Assembly: GCA_028717245.1 (NCBI GenBank)
Contig: JAQUOD010000001.1
Span: forward strand, 309,324-373,323
Direction of reading: 5' to 3'
DNA length: 64,000 nt
DNA from: Candidatus Omnitrophota bacterium
Lineage (GTDB): Bacteria; Omnitrophota; Gorgyraeia; Gygaellales; Profunditerraquicolaceae
Of this stretch, positions 39,896 through 50,190 are shown piece by piece. Position 1 is the first letter of the stretch. The number at the start of each line of letters is the position of its first letter. The notes beneath the pieces are model-generated. The model saw only the letters and a list, made by a program, of their open reading frames with translations. It was not told the origin of the DNA and did no database searches. A program made the translations under genes and the position numbers.

Positions 39896-41028
39896 TGCTT
39901 CTTCCTAGATATTTCTTTCTGTAACTCCAGAATCAACCGATGCCTTTTTTCCTTCTCCTGTTTATCTACGTCATCAAGAAAATTCTCGGCTTGCGTATGC
40001 GGACGCGGCGAATATTTAAATATATACGCGGCGTTGAATCCTACATCCTTTACTAAATCGTAAGTATCCTGGAAGTCCTGTAATGCCTCCGTAGGAAAGC
40101 CTACGATAATATCCGTAGTCAGGGCCGCACCCTTTACAATTTTACGATAATTACCTGCTAATTCCAAATAAAAATTTCTGGTGTAGCCGCGGTTCATCAG
40201 CTTCAAAATCCTGTCCGAGCCTGACTGGATGGGTAGATGCAGGTATTTTTTTAACTTTTCTAAATCTGCCATTGCCTTAAATAATTCCAGGGACGTGTCC
40301 TTAGGATGCGAGGTAATAAAACTGAATTCTTTTAACCCTTTAACGGAATTAACCGATTCAATAAGCTTAACGAAATTAATACCATTGTATTTATAGGCAT
40401 TTACATTCTGGCCTAAAAGCGTAATTTTGTCTCTACCGCGGCCGACCGCCTCTTTTATTTCTTTCAGGATATCTTTGTCATTACGGTTACGTAACTGCCC
40501 TCTGACATAAGGCACGACGCAATAAGAACAATAATTGGAGCAACCTTCTGAAATAACCACATAGGCGTGTTTTTTATCTGCGTAAAAACCGCTGTGATAA
40601 ATCCCTTCCGGCCTGCCATCGCCGTCAGTCTCCCAAACCTTTCTCTCGAATAAATCTTTTTGTGCTGATAATTTTTTTATAATTTCGGGTATCTTATCTA
40701 TATCTTGCGGCCCCACCACAAAATTTACATTAGCTGCTTTTTGAAAAATATCTTCTTTATAATTCTGGGCCATACATCCGACGACACCGATAATTACCTT
40801 TTTATTCTTATACCTGCCGATCTCTGACCAAACCTTATCTTCGGCGTGCCGGCGCACCGAACAAGTATTAAAAATAATGATGCCGGATTTCTTGGGCTCT
40901 TGAGTTATTTTATAACCTTCTTTTTTCAGCAGCCCGCAGATTACCTCCGAATCCCGCACATTCATCTGGCAACCGAAGGTAACAATGTAGAGACGCTTGC
41001 CTAACTCTTTTTTGGTTGTTACACCCAT
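39889..41028 (-). CDS. miaB: radical SAM methylthiotransferase (MiaB-like, no TRAM domain)
   Basis: MTTase N-domain, CSNYCSYC radical SAM motif; next to miaA. Confidence 0.8.
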   Translation of the reverse strand: MGVTTKKELGKRLYIVTFGCQMNVRDSEVICGLLKKEGYKITQEPKKSGIIIFNTCSVRRHAEDKVWSEIGRYKNKKVIIGVVGCMAQNYKEDIFQKAANVNFVVGPQDIDKIPEIIKKLSAQKDLFERKVWETDGDGRPEGIYHSGFYADKKHAYVVISEGCSNYCSYCVVPYVRGQLRNRNDKDILKEIKEAVGRGRDKITLLGQNVNAYKYNGINFVKLIESVNSVKGLKEFSFITSHPKDTSLELFKAMADLEKLKKYLHLPIQSGSDRILKLMNRGYTRNFYLELAGNYRKIVKGAALTTDIIVGFPTEALQDFQDTYDLVKDVGFNAAYIFKYSPRPHTQAENFLDDVDKQEKEKRHRLILELQKEISRKKQC

Positions 41029-41151
41029 ATTTGTTAAATAGAAAACCTTATTTAAAATTTATCTTGCCTAGGATATTACGGACATCCCAATCAACATAGT
41101 CTAACGTCTTAGAAATATGCCACAATTGAATAATTATAATAACTAGCAAAA

Positions 41152-41841
41152 TTATGAGAATATATTTAAGATATCTTTTTCTCTTGCTTCTTCCAATCCT
41201 TTTATAACTTTCTTCTGCCATTTCGGTAACATGGAATTAAAAACGTGTTTAATGGTTGCTGCTTCGCCCTTATTTATCAAAGCCTTAATAATTTCTATAG
41301 CAGCATTCCTGTCTTTTGCGGCTTTATCTTCCTTGAATCTACGCTGGAAAATGATTAATTTGTGGAGGGCAAAATTGATAGGATGAGGTAATAAAACTTC
41401 AAAATCTTCAACTTTAGCCTTAATTACATTGTCGGTAAGCAAACTCAAAAACCTCAGAGCAACCGCATTAACGCCTAATTTTGGTAAGGGGATTGGCTTG
41501 TCGCTGCCTTTTCCTTTTTCTGGAGATAAAAATTCTACTACCAAATCAGGATGTTCTAATTTAATATATCCTTTTGCTCCCCTATAACCAATGATAAATC
41601 CTAAGTCTTTTAATAATTCTGGAATATTCACATTAACGCTGATTCCGTGTGGGTTGGGAATCAAGAAATCTACGTCTCTTGTTTTAATGGTCGAGATATA
41701 CTTTATACCTACAAAATATTCTTTATAGAATGGAATACACCAACTACCTATAAGAATAACGTCTTTTAGAACTCCGGCCTTCTCTAATCTTTTTAGAACT
41801 TTAACGCATAGTTCATATTGATTCTTTTCCACGCAAAGCAC
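41152..41841 (-). CDS. nucleotidyltransferase-fold protein (AbiEii/MNT-like, candidate toxin/effector)
   Basis: 229 aa. LIGSW...RDVDFLI resembles the GS...DxD minimal nucleotidyltransferase motif. Overlaps the upstream small gene by 29 nt. Confidence 0.5.
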   Translation of the reverse strand: MLCVEKNQYELCVKVLKRLEKAGVLKDVILIGSWCIPFYKEYFVGIKYISTIKTRDVDFLIPNPHGISVNVNIPELLKDLGFIIGYRGAKGYIKLEHPDLVVEFLSPEKGKGSDKPIPLPKLGVNAVALRFLSLLTDNVIKAKVEDFEVLLPHPINFALHKLIIFQRRFKEDKAAKDRNAAIEIIKALINKGEAATIKHVFNSMLPKWQKKVIKGLEEAREKDILNIFS

Positions 41842-42130
41842 TCCTTAAGAATCTGATTTGTTTTTTTACTTGAGATAATAATTTCCTATACTTGGCCCTG
41901 TATTCTTTTACTTCTCTATATTTCTTTATTTCTTCGTCAGATACTTTCCCCTTGTAGATAAATTTAACCTTACCCTTCTCCCGTAACAGAATATAGTAAT
42001 ATTCGTGCCCCTTGACCTTCTTCTTAATAAGGCTGCCTTTAGGCAATTTTGCCAATTCTCTCTCATAATCGCTTTTCATCCGTATAGAATTCTCAAGTTC
42101 TTCTTTAAGTACCCCTTTTATCACTCCCAT
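41813..42130 (-). CDS. small Lys/Tyr-rich protein, candidate partner (antitoxin or regulator) of the nucleotidyltransferase
   Basis: 105 aa, highly basic, no recognisable family. First gene of the two-gene unit, downstream of the operator-laden promoter. Confidence 0.45.
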   Translation of the reverse strand: MGVIKGVLKEELENSIRMKSDYERELAKLPKGSLIKKKVKGHEYYYILLREKGKVKFIYKGKVSDEEIKKYREVKEYRAKYRKLLSQVKKQIRFLRSALRGKESI

Positions 42131-42156
42131 ATTATCTCTCCATTTAATATAAGATA

Positions 42157-42226
42157 GTTACCATACAAACTACTGAATAGTATATATTGTATGGTAACTA
42201 TTGTCAAACAAAAAAGTTACCATACA
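42157..42226 (-). promoter_or_regulatory. consensus sigma70 promoter (TTGACA-17-TATACT) embedded in three copies of the 11-mer GTTACCATACA (two inverted), a candidate autoregulatory operator
   Basis: Minus-strand -35 at 42202-42207 and -10 at 42179-42184. 11-mer copies at 42157-42167, 42188-42198 (inverted) and 42216-42226. Confidence 0.7.
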
Positions 42227-42430
42227 TTTTTTGTAATTCATGCTTTTGTAGGGTAACTGGCGGCTGAGATTAAAAAAGTCTCTCCGTAACTTTAGTTTCT
42301 AAAATTATGGCCTGTATAACCTAACCCATTTATTCCAAAACACTTATCCTCTTTAATACTTCAAGCGCCATCCCGAGCCACTGTAACCAACGGCCAGCCG
42401 AAAGTCCAGATAGATATTCTTCTTATCCAT

Positions 42431-44446
42431 TTAATGTTTCAACAGCGCCACGGGTCTATATTTTACTGAATAAATCGCTGCGATTATATATAAACCTAAG
42501 GCTATCAGGTAGAGGGCGTTTAAACCCCAGATCATAGAGGTGTACTCCAGGAAACCCCCGATTACCGCACCCAAAAGGTTTGAACCCAGGGCAATACCCG
42601 TATCCTTTGTATGTTTAAGTATAACCGCAAATATCAAAGACGTAAAGAATATAGGTAAGGCCAATAATATGCCGGCAGAAAGAATTTTAGCTAAAAACCC
42701 CAGCCTCAATAAATTAGTAACGGGAAAAAAGTAAAGAAAAAATAAAGATAATATCAGACCTACCAGGAACCAGCGCGGGTTTTCTAATTGCCTCGCCTGC
42801 ACAAACCAATTAGCCAGCAATGCAATAGTTAAAATAGCCGAAAATACCACCGCGTTCACTATCCAGGTAGAGCCGAAAAGCAGGGAAAAAGTAGTCACGC
42901 TTTTTGTCTCAAGCAGGAGAAAACCGCACCCCAATAAGAAAAATAAAGGGTCTATTTTTCCGGGCTTAAGGGGTGAAAAGACCAATACCGCCATAATAGA
43001 AAAACAGATAAGGAAAATGAGCGTAGTCAGATAAAGATGAGGAATGCCGCGCTGGGTAAGATATAAATAAGGCCAGTCATCTTTAGGGAGAGTAGTATTT
43101 AATTTTTCAGGCGGGGCAGATAGAATTTTAGATAGATCCGCATTCTCTGAAAGCGCCTGCCTGACTCCTGGCCCTGCCACTATCACCAGATTAAATAAAT
43201 AGCCGTCCATAATAACATAGCGCGTATCCTGCGCGCCAAAGACAGAACGTACTGTCTCCAGGAGCCTATTAGCTAACCAATCCGTAGGGACAGAGAAAAG
43301 CAGGACCATGACTCCTTGGGTGCTGAGTAATTGCTTTGCCTCCGTAAGCGCTTCCTGGGTATAAACGTAATTATCTAAACGTATGGAAGAAGTCACGGAA
43401 AGAGTAGCATGAGAATCCAGGGTCCCATAGATAATCATATCGTATTTTTCCCTGGCTTTATGCATAAATGAACGGGCATCATCTACAAAGACCCTTACCC
43501 TTTTAGCCTCATAAGGACGCTGGGGATGTTTTTGGTAACCCACCTTCAGGATAATCGGGTCTATTTCCACTGCATCGATGGATTCAACCCCGGCGTTGCG
43601 CGCAATCCAGACGTCATTGCCCGTGCCCGAACCTATGATCAATACCCGCTTAGGATGAAACCACTTATAAGGAAACATATATTTTTCATACGTCGTTTTT
43701 TCCTGTTCAAAGTTTACCGCCTTTTGATGAGCGAGTTTATTTATGTAGACAAGTATACCTTTATTATCGGTTTCTCTTAAATCAATAGCATAATAAGGTG
43801 ACCATAAGGTGCCTTTTTCCGCGAATCCTATGGTAAGGACGATCGCTACCATAGCCATTAGTCTTATAACAAAGCCCTGTTTTTTATAATTTATTGCCGC
43901 AACCGCTAATCCTGTAATGATAAACCAGAGATAGGCCGGGGCGCAAAAAAGGGCAAGCAATCCGAAGCCAATAACACCCAGCAGGCTCCCTAAAATATTC
44001 AAGGTGTAAGCGCGTAAAGGGATAAGCCCCTGCATAAGCTTACCTATCTTCTGCCCGACAGGAACAAGAATAACCACCGTTAAGGCAAAAATTAACCCTA
44101 TAAGCTGCGCAATAGTAAGTTTTAAGGAAGATAAATTATAGAGCCTATTTTCCTGATAATAACTCCAGATCCAGGTCTGGGCATTGGCAGGCAGCGCTAC
44201 CTGGATATCCCGTAAAAACAAAACCAGGCATACGCCAGCCAAAAGGATATATGGAAAGAAATTGAAGAAATCGCGTTTGTAGTGCGAAAGAAGTAACCCT
44301 AAACCTAATCCTAAAAACGAGGCAATCAAAACAATATTAGAAAAGAAGGCGATAGAGAAAATATGCGCGGGAAACCAGCGGATAAGGCTAAGCTCAAGAA
44401 AAAGGCCTAAAAAACTCACTAAAACCAATTCTATCTTCTGCCTCAT
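42431..44446 (-). CDS. polytopic membrane protein with spermidine synthase-like (aminopropyltransferase-fold) domain
   Basis: VLIIGSGTGND...DAVEIDP...DMIIYGTLDSH methyltransferase-fold motifs, flanked by many TM helices. Confidence 0.7.
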   Translation of the reverse strand: MRQKIELVLVSFLGLFLELSLIRWFPAHIFSIAFFSNIVLIASFLGLGLGLLLSHYKRDFFNFFPYILLAGVCLVLFLRDIQVALPANAQTWIWSYYQENRLYNLSSLKLTIAQLIGLIFALTVVILVPVGQKIGKLMQGLIPLRAYTLNILGSLLGVIGFGLLALFCAPAYLWFIITGLAVAAINYKKQGFVIRLMAMVAIVLTIGFAEKGTLWSPYYAIDLRETDNKGILVYINKLAHQKAVNFEQEKTTYEKYMFPYKWFHPKRVLIIGSGTGNDVWIARNAGVESIDAVEIDPIILKVGYQKHPQRPYEAKRVRVFVDDARSFMHKAREKYDMIIYGTLDSHATLSVTSSIRLDNYVYTQEALTEAKQLLSTQGVMVLLFSVPTDWLANRLLETVRSVFGAQDTRYVIMDGYLFNLVIVAGPGVRQALSENADLSKILSAPPEKLNTTLPKDDWPYLYLTQRGIPHLYLTTLIFLICFSIMAVLVFSPLKPGKIDPLFFLLGCGFLLLETKSVTTFSLLFGSTWIVNAVVFSAILTIALLANWFVQARQLENPRWFLVGLILSLFFLYFFPVTNLLRLGFLAKILSAGILLALPIFFTSLIFAVILKHTKDTGIALGSNLLGAVIGGFLEYTSMIWGLNALYLIALGLYIIAAIYSVKYRPVALLKH

Positions 44447-44469
44447 AATATCTTCCCGCGCCTTATATA

Positions 44470-44516
44470 CATATAAAGATTAACCCCGCACCTTAACAGT
44501 AAGATGCGGGGTTAAT
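44470..44516 (-). terminator. intrinsic terminator (11-bp stem TTAACCCCGCA/TGCGGGGTTAA) after the TM-helix protein gene
   Basis: Stem 44480-44490/44505-44515, followed on the minus strand by a U-rich tract. Confidence 0.7.
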
Positions 44517-44538
44517 TTATGCGTGCTCAAAAACTATA

Positions 44539-45225
44539 TTATTTTTTTGACTTTACACTATCAACTAAATCTGAAAGGGACTTTGCAGCCATATCTTTGC
44601 ATCCTAAGCCAAAGGCTAAAGCCAAACCTAGCCCTAAAGAACCCAGGATTATGGTTATGCCTAACTTAATTATATCGGTGCTGATACCCAGTTGTTCCAG
44701 GGACATAACCGCAGCAAAGATAATTACCGCAATCTCTACCACCTTACCCAGCAACTTCGCCTGAATTAAACCGGCGTTATTAGCCGCTGTGCGGATGATA
44801 TTGCTTAATAACGTAGCCACGAACATACCCAATACCAGAATGAATATCGCGGCGATGACGCTGGGTATGTAAAGGATGACCTTGTTCAAAAGGTCAGCGG
44901 CAATCGTCAGGCCTATAGCATTGACGGCAACTACAAAGGTCACTAATAGCCCCAACCAATAGCATATCACCCCGATGAGCTCGGAAAGTGAATAATTGAT
45001 ACCGCCCTTCGCCAGCACATTGTCTAACTCAATACGTTCGGATAACTCATCCAACTTTATCGTCCGCAAGAGCTTTGTAACCACTGTCCTGATGAGTTTA
45101 GCGATAACCCAGCCAACGATGAGAATAACCACCACCAGCAGCACGTTAACGAGGAACTTGCCGATTTCAGAAAGGACTGCCTTGGCTGGTTCCATTAAAA
45201 CTGTTTGCCAATCGCTCATGCCCAC
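44539..45225 (-). CDS. conserved TM-helix repeat membrane protein (MscS-like N-terminal region)
   Basis: Repeated hydrophobic helices. Likely true start is ATG at 45219, preceded by AAGGAGG. Confidence 0.6.
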   Translation of the reverse strand: MGMSDWQTVLMEPAKAVLSEIGKFLVNVLLVVVILIVGWVIAKLIRTVVTKLLRTIKLDELSERIELDNVLAKGGINYSLSELIGVICYWLGLLVTFVVAVNAIGLTIAADLLNKVILYIPSVIAAIFILVLGMFVATLLSNIIRTAANNAGLIQAKLLGKVVEIAVIIFAAVMSLEQLGISTDIIKLGITIILGSLGLGLALAFGLGCKDMAAKSLSDLVDSVKSKK

Positions 45226-45255
45226 CTCCTTTGGTTTTTGAGCTTATTTCCCATA

Positions 45256-45284
45256 ACATTATCATAATTATCGGGTTATGTCAA
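45256..45284 (-). promoter_or_regulatory. sigma70-type promoter TTGACA-17-TAATGT
   Basis: Minus-strand -35 at 45279-45284 and -10 at 45256-45261. Confidence 0.55.
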
Positions 45285-45325
45285 GTGAAAGTTTTATTAA
45301 GTGAAGGGCATAAGTTATGCGCTCA

Positions 45326-46111
45326 TTAAAAGTCAAGCGCCATTCCGTCATAGGCTGCCAATACCTCTATCCCCAGCTTTTTGGATAATTCCTCTGCCTG
45401 TATATGGGGTTTTGCCTTAAGCATGGTCATGCCAAAATGCGTAAGTATAGCTTTCCTGGGCCGGATATCCCTGATTAAAGTTTCAGCATCCAAAAGGCTC
45501 AAATGGTCTATCTCCGCGCGGGGTTCAAAAAATACTACGCAGATAATTAATATGTCTGTCTTATAAAAATCTGACAGCTCTTTAAAATACCGGGTGTCCG
45601 TGAGCAGGGACACGCTTGTATTTTTAAGCTTGAATTTTAAACCATAGGTCGAAACAGGATGGATGTGTTTCATCGAAGTCTGAAAGGAAAAATCGCCCAC
45701 GCTATATGTCTTATCGGCTTCCAATATTTCTATCTTCTCCAGAAAAGCCCTGGTGTGCCTCAACAATACAGGGTCTTCGCCTATGGCGTCACCCGGACAA
45801 AATAATACGCCTCTCTTTTTAAATCCGCCTTCTGTCATGGCTTCAATCATCACGTTTACATCATTAGCGTGGTCGAGGTGGCGGTGCGTCAATATAATGC
45901 CGTCTAATTTTCCCGGGTCTAACCTGGGCCGGCTAGAAGCGCAGCGCACTATGCTGCCAGGGCCCGGGTCAATAAGGACGTTCGTCCCCTTATACGAAAC
46001 CCACAGGCCTCCTGATGCACGTAACTGCCTGATCATTACAAAGCGCGCCCCGGCAGTGCCTAAAAATTTTATAAAGTCCCCCTGGCTTGGTTTATCTAAT
46101 CTTTTAACCAT
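45326..46111 (-). CDS. MBL-fold metallo-hydrolase
   Basis: THRHLDHAND (HxHxDH) motif. Confidence 0.8.
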   Translation of the reverse strand: MVKRLDKPSQGDFIKFLGTAGARFVMIRQLRASGGLWVSYKGTNVLIDPGPGSIVRCASSRPRLDPGKLDGIILTHRHLDHANDVNVMIEAMTEGGFKKRGVLFCPGDAIGEDPVLLRHTRAFLEKIEILEADKTYSVGDFSFQTSMKHIHPVSTYGLKFKLKNTSVSLLTDTRYFKELSDFYKTDILIICVVFFEPRAEIDHLSLLDAETLIRDIRPRKAILTHFGMTMLKAKPHIQAEELSKKLGIEVLAAYDGMALDF

Positions 46112-46578
46112 ATCTTTTTTAATTCCTGGTTTATCGCATCCATCTGGGTATAGGTTAATTCGGTCTTGAGCAGATCCTTCTGCCGGGCCTGCGATTTATC
46201 CTTCGGGCAGATAAATTCTTCAACGCTAATCGGCCGCGCCCCCAGCGCCCTGATAAAAAATTTTATCTCTTTATCATCGGAAACTACCACGACGTTCTTA
46301 GGGTTACTGTGTACTTCAACCATCTTCTTAATCCTGCTATCTGCCGATTCTTTACAGGAAAAAACAACGCGGATATCGGAACCATTCAATTCCTGTCCGG
46401 ATGAACCCGCGTAGCCGTCAAAGACTACGGTAATCTTATTGTTAGGGCTACCGCATAATTTTTTGGCCTTAATTAATTCCAAAAGCGCCTCTCTGGGGTC
46501 TTTTATCTTTTTATGGGCAGGGGTGAACTTGCTGTGGCTTGTGATATTGCATCCGTCTATGATGTATGTTAAGGACAT
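46096..46578 (-). CDS. NYN-domain (YacP-like) protein
   Basis: YIIDGCNI...VVFDG pattern of the PIN-like NYN/YacP nucleases. Confidence 0.65.
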   Translation of the reverse strand: MSLTYIIDGCNITSHSKFTPAHKKIKDPREALLELIKAKKLCGSPNNKITVVFDGYAGSSGQELNGSDIRVVFSCKESADSRIKKMVEVHSNPKNVVVVSDDKEIKFFIRALGARPISVEEFICPKDKSQARQKDLLKTELTYTQMDAINQELKKIWLKD

Positions 46579-47503
46579 AAATGAGTCCTCCTATAAGGGC
46601 ATATACCAGGATAAAGGAAAAGTTTATCAGGGACATGGCAAAAGCCAGATCCTTGCTCATGCCTGCCTTGGAAAAAAAGTATATAGTCGTAGCATCCCGT
46701 AAGCCCAGGCCGCCTATAGAAATGGGCAAGAGCGTAATGGCTCCTATAATAGGGATATAGACAAAAAAGTAGGCGATATTTATCTTAACCCCCAGGGAAA
46801 GGGCAATGATATAAAAAGTGAGGGGAGTAATAGACTGTATAAGGATAGATAAAATAAGGTTATTTACGATTATATTTTTCCGGTGCCTGAAAATATGGAT
46901 CTCCTGGTGCAGGTTTTTGATGGCCTCTCTCATCCTGCCGGCAGTAGGCGAATGCAGGATTTGATTTATCTTAGAATACAGGAAACTATTAAATAATATT
47001 AATAATGCCACCACCAATACGCCGGTGATGACAGCCACAGACCAGAAGACGCTTTTTTCCTCCACTAATCCCCAGCCAAAAACCAGAGCCAATAATGTTA
47101 CTGTTACCAAACCTATATAACCGCTTAACCTGTCTAATAATACCGTAGTCACAACTTCCCGGGGCCTTTTTGTATGCGTAGCCAGATCAATACTGCGGAT
47201 AAGGTCCCCCCCGATGCTGGAGGGCAGAAAAATATTAAAAAAATTCCCTCCGGCAAAAGATATAATTACCCTTTTTAAGGGTAGGTAAACTTTAGCGCCC
47301 TTAAGCAGCATCTCCCAGCGAAAGAGAGCCAGGATATATAGAGAAAAATAAATAAACGCCGCAAGGAGCACAAGGCCTATATCGGCATTGCTGACTACTT
47401 TCCATAAGGCCTTGGCATCTACGTGCCTGAATAAAAAAATCAGCAAGACAATGCTGATACCGACTCTCAAGAATACAGGCAAAATTTGTTTTAGTATTTT
47501 CAT
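46511..47503 (-). CDS. UPF0104 / lysylphosphatidylglycerol-synthase-TM-region-like membrane protein
   Basis: 330 aa, about 8 TM helices. Confidence 0.6.
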   Translation of the reverse strand: MKILKQILPVFLRVGISIVLLIFLFRHVDAKALWKVVSNADIGLVLLAAFIYFSLYILALFRWEMLLKGAKVYLPLKRVIISFAGGNFFNIFLPSSIGGDLIRSIDLATHTKRPREVVTTVLLDRLSGYIGLVTVTLLALVFGWGLVEEKSVFWSVAVITGVLVVALLILFNSFLYSKINQILHSPTAGRMREAIKNLHQEIHIFRHRKNIIVNNLILSILIQSITPLTFYIIALSLGVKINIAYFFVYIPIIGAITLLPISIGGLGLRDATTIYFFSKAGMSKDLAFAMSLINFSFILVYALIGGLIYVLNIHHRRMQYHKPQQVHPCP

Positions 47504-47513
47504 TTATTTTTCC

Positions 47514-48434
47514 TTAAAGTTCTTTGCCGGTCAATCTCTTATATGCCTCAAGGTATTTTTGGCTCGTCTTCTCAATAATCTCCGGGGGCAGTTTTGGCGC
47601 AGGCGGAGTCTTGTCCCAATCTAAACTCTCCAGATAATCCCGCACAAACTGCTTATCAAAACTATGCTGAGGCTTACCCGGCTGATACTGGTCCGAGGGC
47701 CAGAAACGCGAAGAATCCGGGGTGAGCGCTTCATCGATTAAAATAAGCTTATCTTCCTCTATACCGAATTCGAATTTTGTATCCGCGATAATAATCCCCT
47801 TATTAAGCGCATAATCGCTGGCTTTTTTATAAATAGCTATGCTTATCCTTTTTAATTTATCGGCAATATCCCCGCCTATTGCGCTTGCCACTTCTTTTTG
47901 GGTAATATTCATATCGTGGCCCGTGTCTGCTTTGGTAGAAGGGGTGAAGATAACCTCCGGCAGCTTATCCGATTCACGCAAGTCCACAGGCAACTTTATC
48001 CCGCATACTGACCCGCTCCGCTGGTACTCTTTCCAGCCTGAACCCGAGAGATAACCCCTGACCACACACTCTACAGGCAGGGGTTTTGTTTTTACCACCA
48101 ACATCGAGCGGCCGGGGAGTTTGCCCTTATATTTCTGTAACTCTTTAGGATACCGGTTTATATCTGAAGTGATAAAGTGATGCGGAATAATTTCCCGGAT
48201 AAAATCAAACCAGAAACAGGATAAGCCGGTTAAGACCTGGCCCTTACAGGGTATGCCGGAAGGTAAAACCACATCAAAACAAGAGATCCTATCCGTGGAA
48301 ACAACCAGCAATTTATCGCCTAAATCATAAACGTCCCTTACTTTGCCGCGCTTGTAAAGTTTCAGGTCTTTAAAATCAGTAGTCAATAAAATGTCTCTAG
48401 TCATGGGATCCCAGGCGTATGCGTAAGGCCTCAT
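47514..48434 (-). CDS. purC: phosphoribosylaminoimidazole-succinocarboxamide synthase
   Basis: [12 protein letters not shown]...SAICAR synthetase core. Confidence 0.9.
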   Translation of the reverse strand: MRPYAYAWDPMTRDILLTTDFKDLKLYKRGKVRDVYDLGDKLLVVSTDRISCFDVVLPSGIPCKGQVLTGLSCFWFDFIREIIPHHFITSDINRYPKELQKYKGKLPGRSMLVVKTKPLPVECVVRGYLSGSGWKEYQRSGSVCGIKLPVDLRESDKLPEVIFTPSTKADTGHDMNITQKEVASAIGGDIADKLKRISIAIYKKASDYALNKGIIIADTKFEFGIEEDKLILIDEALTPDSSRFWPSDQYQPGKPQHSFDKQFVRDYLESLDWDKTPPAPKLPPEIIEKTSQKYLEAYKRLTGKEL

Positions 48435-50190
48435 ATTCCTGCCACAATTCCTGCGGCAGGCTTCTTTTGAATTGTTTAAAGAACGCCTTGATGCCTTTTA
48501 ATTCCTCAAGCCAGGCCTGTTTATCTATCGCCAGGAGTTTCTCCATGGCCCCGGCGGATAATTGCAGGCCGGTCATATCTATATCAGAATTGCTGGGGAT
48601 ATAGCCGATAGGCGTTTTTACTGCCTCTACCTTATTGTTGCAACGGTCTAATATCCATTCTAAAATTCTTAAGTTCTCTCCAAAACCCGGCCAGAGGAAT
48701 TTATTTTCCGCATCGACCCTGAACCAGTTTACATGGAAAATTTTAGGGGGCTTAACCATGCGCCTGCCCATTTCTAACCAATGCCGGAAATAATCCGCCA
48801 TATTATAACCGCAGAAAGGCAGCATAGCCATGGGGTCGCGGCGTACCTGGCCGATCTTTCCGACTTGCGCAGCAGTCAATTCAGAGGCCATAGCCGCTCC
48901 TAAAAATACGCCGTGCTGCCAGCTAAATGATTCCTGGACTAAAGGCGCAAGATGCGCCCGGCGCCCGCCAAAAATAATAGCGGAAATAGGTACGCCATGA
49001 TGTTGCTCTATCCTGAATGAAGCAGTAGGGCAATTAGTAATGGGGGTAGTAAAACGGCTATTAGGATGTGCGCCTAAAACAACTTTCCCATGAGCATCAA
49101 CTATACCCGGTTTCCAGGCCCTACCCTGCCAGTCAATGCCTCCGGAAGGAACTTCACCGTCAGCCCCCTCCCACCATACTGTGCCGTCTGGTTTTAAAAG
49201 AACATTGGTATAAATAGTATCTTTCTTGATAGTCTCAACCATATTAGGGTTGGTTTTAGAATTCGTCCCCAAGGCAACCCCAAAAAAACCCGTCTCCGGA
49301 TTAACTGCCCAGAGCGAGCCGTCAGAATCAATGCGCATCCAGGCAATATCATCGCCTACTGTCCAAATACGGTAACCTTTTTTCTTCAGGCCTTCAGGGG
49401 GAACGAGCATCGCCAGGTTTGTTTTACCGCAAGCGCTGGGGAATGCTGCGGCAATATATTCGACATGGCCGCTAGGCTCTTCAATACCCATAATCAACAT
49501 ATGCTCGGCAAACCATTTTTCTTTTCTGGCCAGAAAACTGGCGATACGTAATGAAAGGCATTTTTTACCCAGCAGTACATTCCCGCCATATCCGGAACCC
49601 ACGCTCCAGATAGTATTATCCTGGGGGAAGTGCAATATCAATCTCTTATTTATATCCAACTGGGCCTTGGAGTGAAGGCATTTGGTAAACTCAATATCCT
49701 TATCCAGCTGCTTAAGGACTGCTTCTCCGGCGCGGGTCATGATTAACATATTCAGCACTACGTAGCGCGAATCGGTTAATTCTATGCCGATCTTGCTAAA
49801 GGTAGAGCCCACCGGCCCCATGGAGAAAGGAATAACATACATCGTCCTTCCTTTCATCGCACCCTGAAAAATTACTTTCGCTTTTCTATAAGCTACCCCG
49901 GGAGACATCCAGTTATTTGTTACTCCGGCGTCGCGTTTTCTCTTTGTGCAGATAAAGGTAAGGTGTTCTGTACGCGCTACGTCATCAGTACTGGTGCGGT
50001 GCAGAAAACAACCCGGGAGTTTATCCTGATTTAAAGGAATAATCTCCCCCTGGGCAATGGCTTCTTCTTCTATTTTCTTTCTCTGGGCCTCTGAACCGTC
50101 TATCCAGGCTATCTCATCCGGCTGACAGAGTTTGGCCATTTTATTGACCCACTTAACCAATTTTTTATTACGGGTGGGGAATTTAATCAT
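48397..50190 (-). CDS. pckG: phosphoenolpyruvate carboxykinase (GTP)
   Basis: 597 aa, GTP-PEPCK kinase-1a/P-loop region [10 protein letters not shown]. Confidence 0.92.
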   Translation of the reverse strand: MIKFPTRNKKLVKWVNKMAKLCQPDEIAWIDGSEAQRKKIEEEAIAQGEIIPLNQDKLPGCFLHRTSTDDVARTEHLTFICTKRKRDAGVTNNWMSPGVAYRKAKVIFQGAMKGRTMYVIPFSMGPVGSTFSKIGIELTDSRYVVLNMLIMTRAGEAVLKQLDKDIEFTKCLHSKAQLDINKRLILHFPQDNTIWSVGSGYGGNVLLGKKCLSLRIASFLARKEKWFAEHMLIMGIEEPSGHVEYIAAAFPSACGKTNLAMLVPPEGLKKKGYRIWTVGDDIAWMRIDSDGSLWAVNPETGFFGVALGTNSKTNPNMVETIKKDTIYTNVLLKPDGTVWWEGADGEVPSGGIDWQGRAWKPGIVDAHGKVVLGAHPNSRFTTPITNCPTASFRIEQHHGVPISAIIFGGRRAHLAPLVQESFSWQHGVFLGAAMASELTAAQVGKIGQVRRDPMAMLPFCGYNMADYFRHWLEMGRRMVKPPKIFHVNWFRVDAENKFLWPGFGENLRILEWILDRCNNKVEAVKTPIGYIPSNSDIDMTGLQLSAGAMEKLLAIDKQAWLEELKGIKAFFKQFKRSLPQELWQEYEALRIRLGSHD

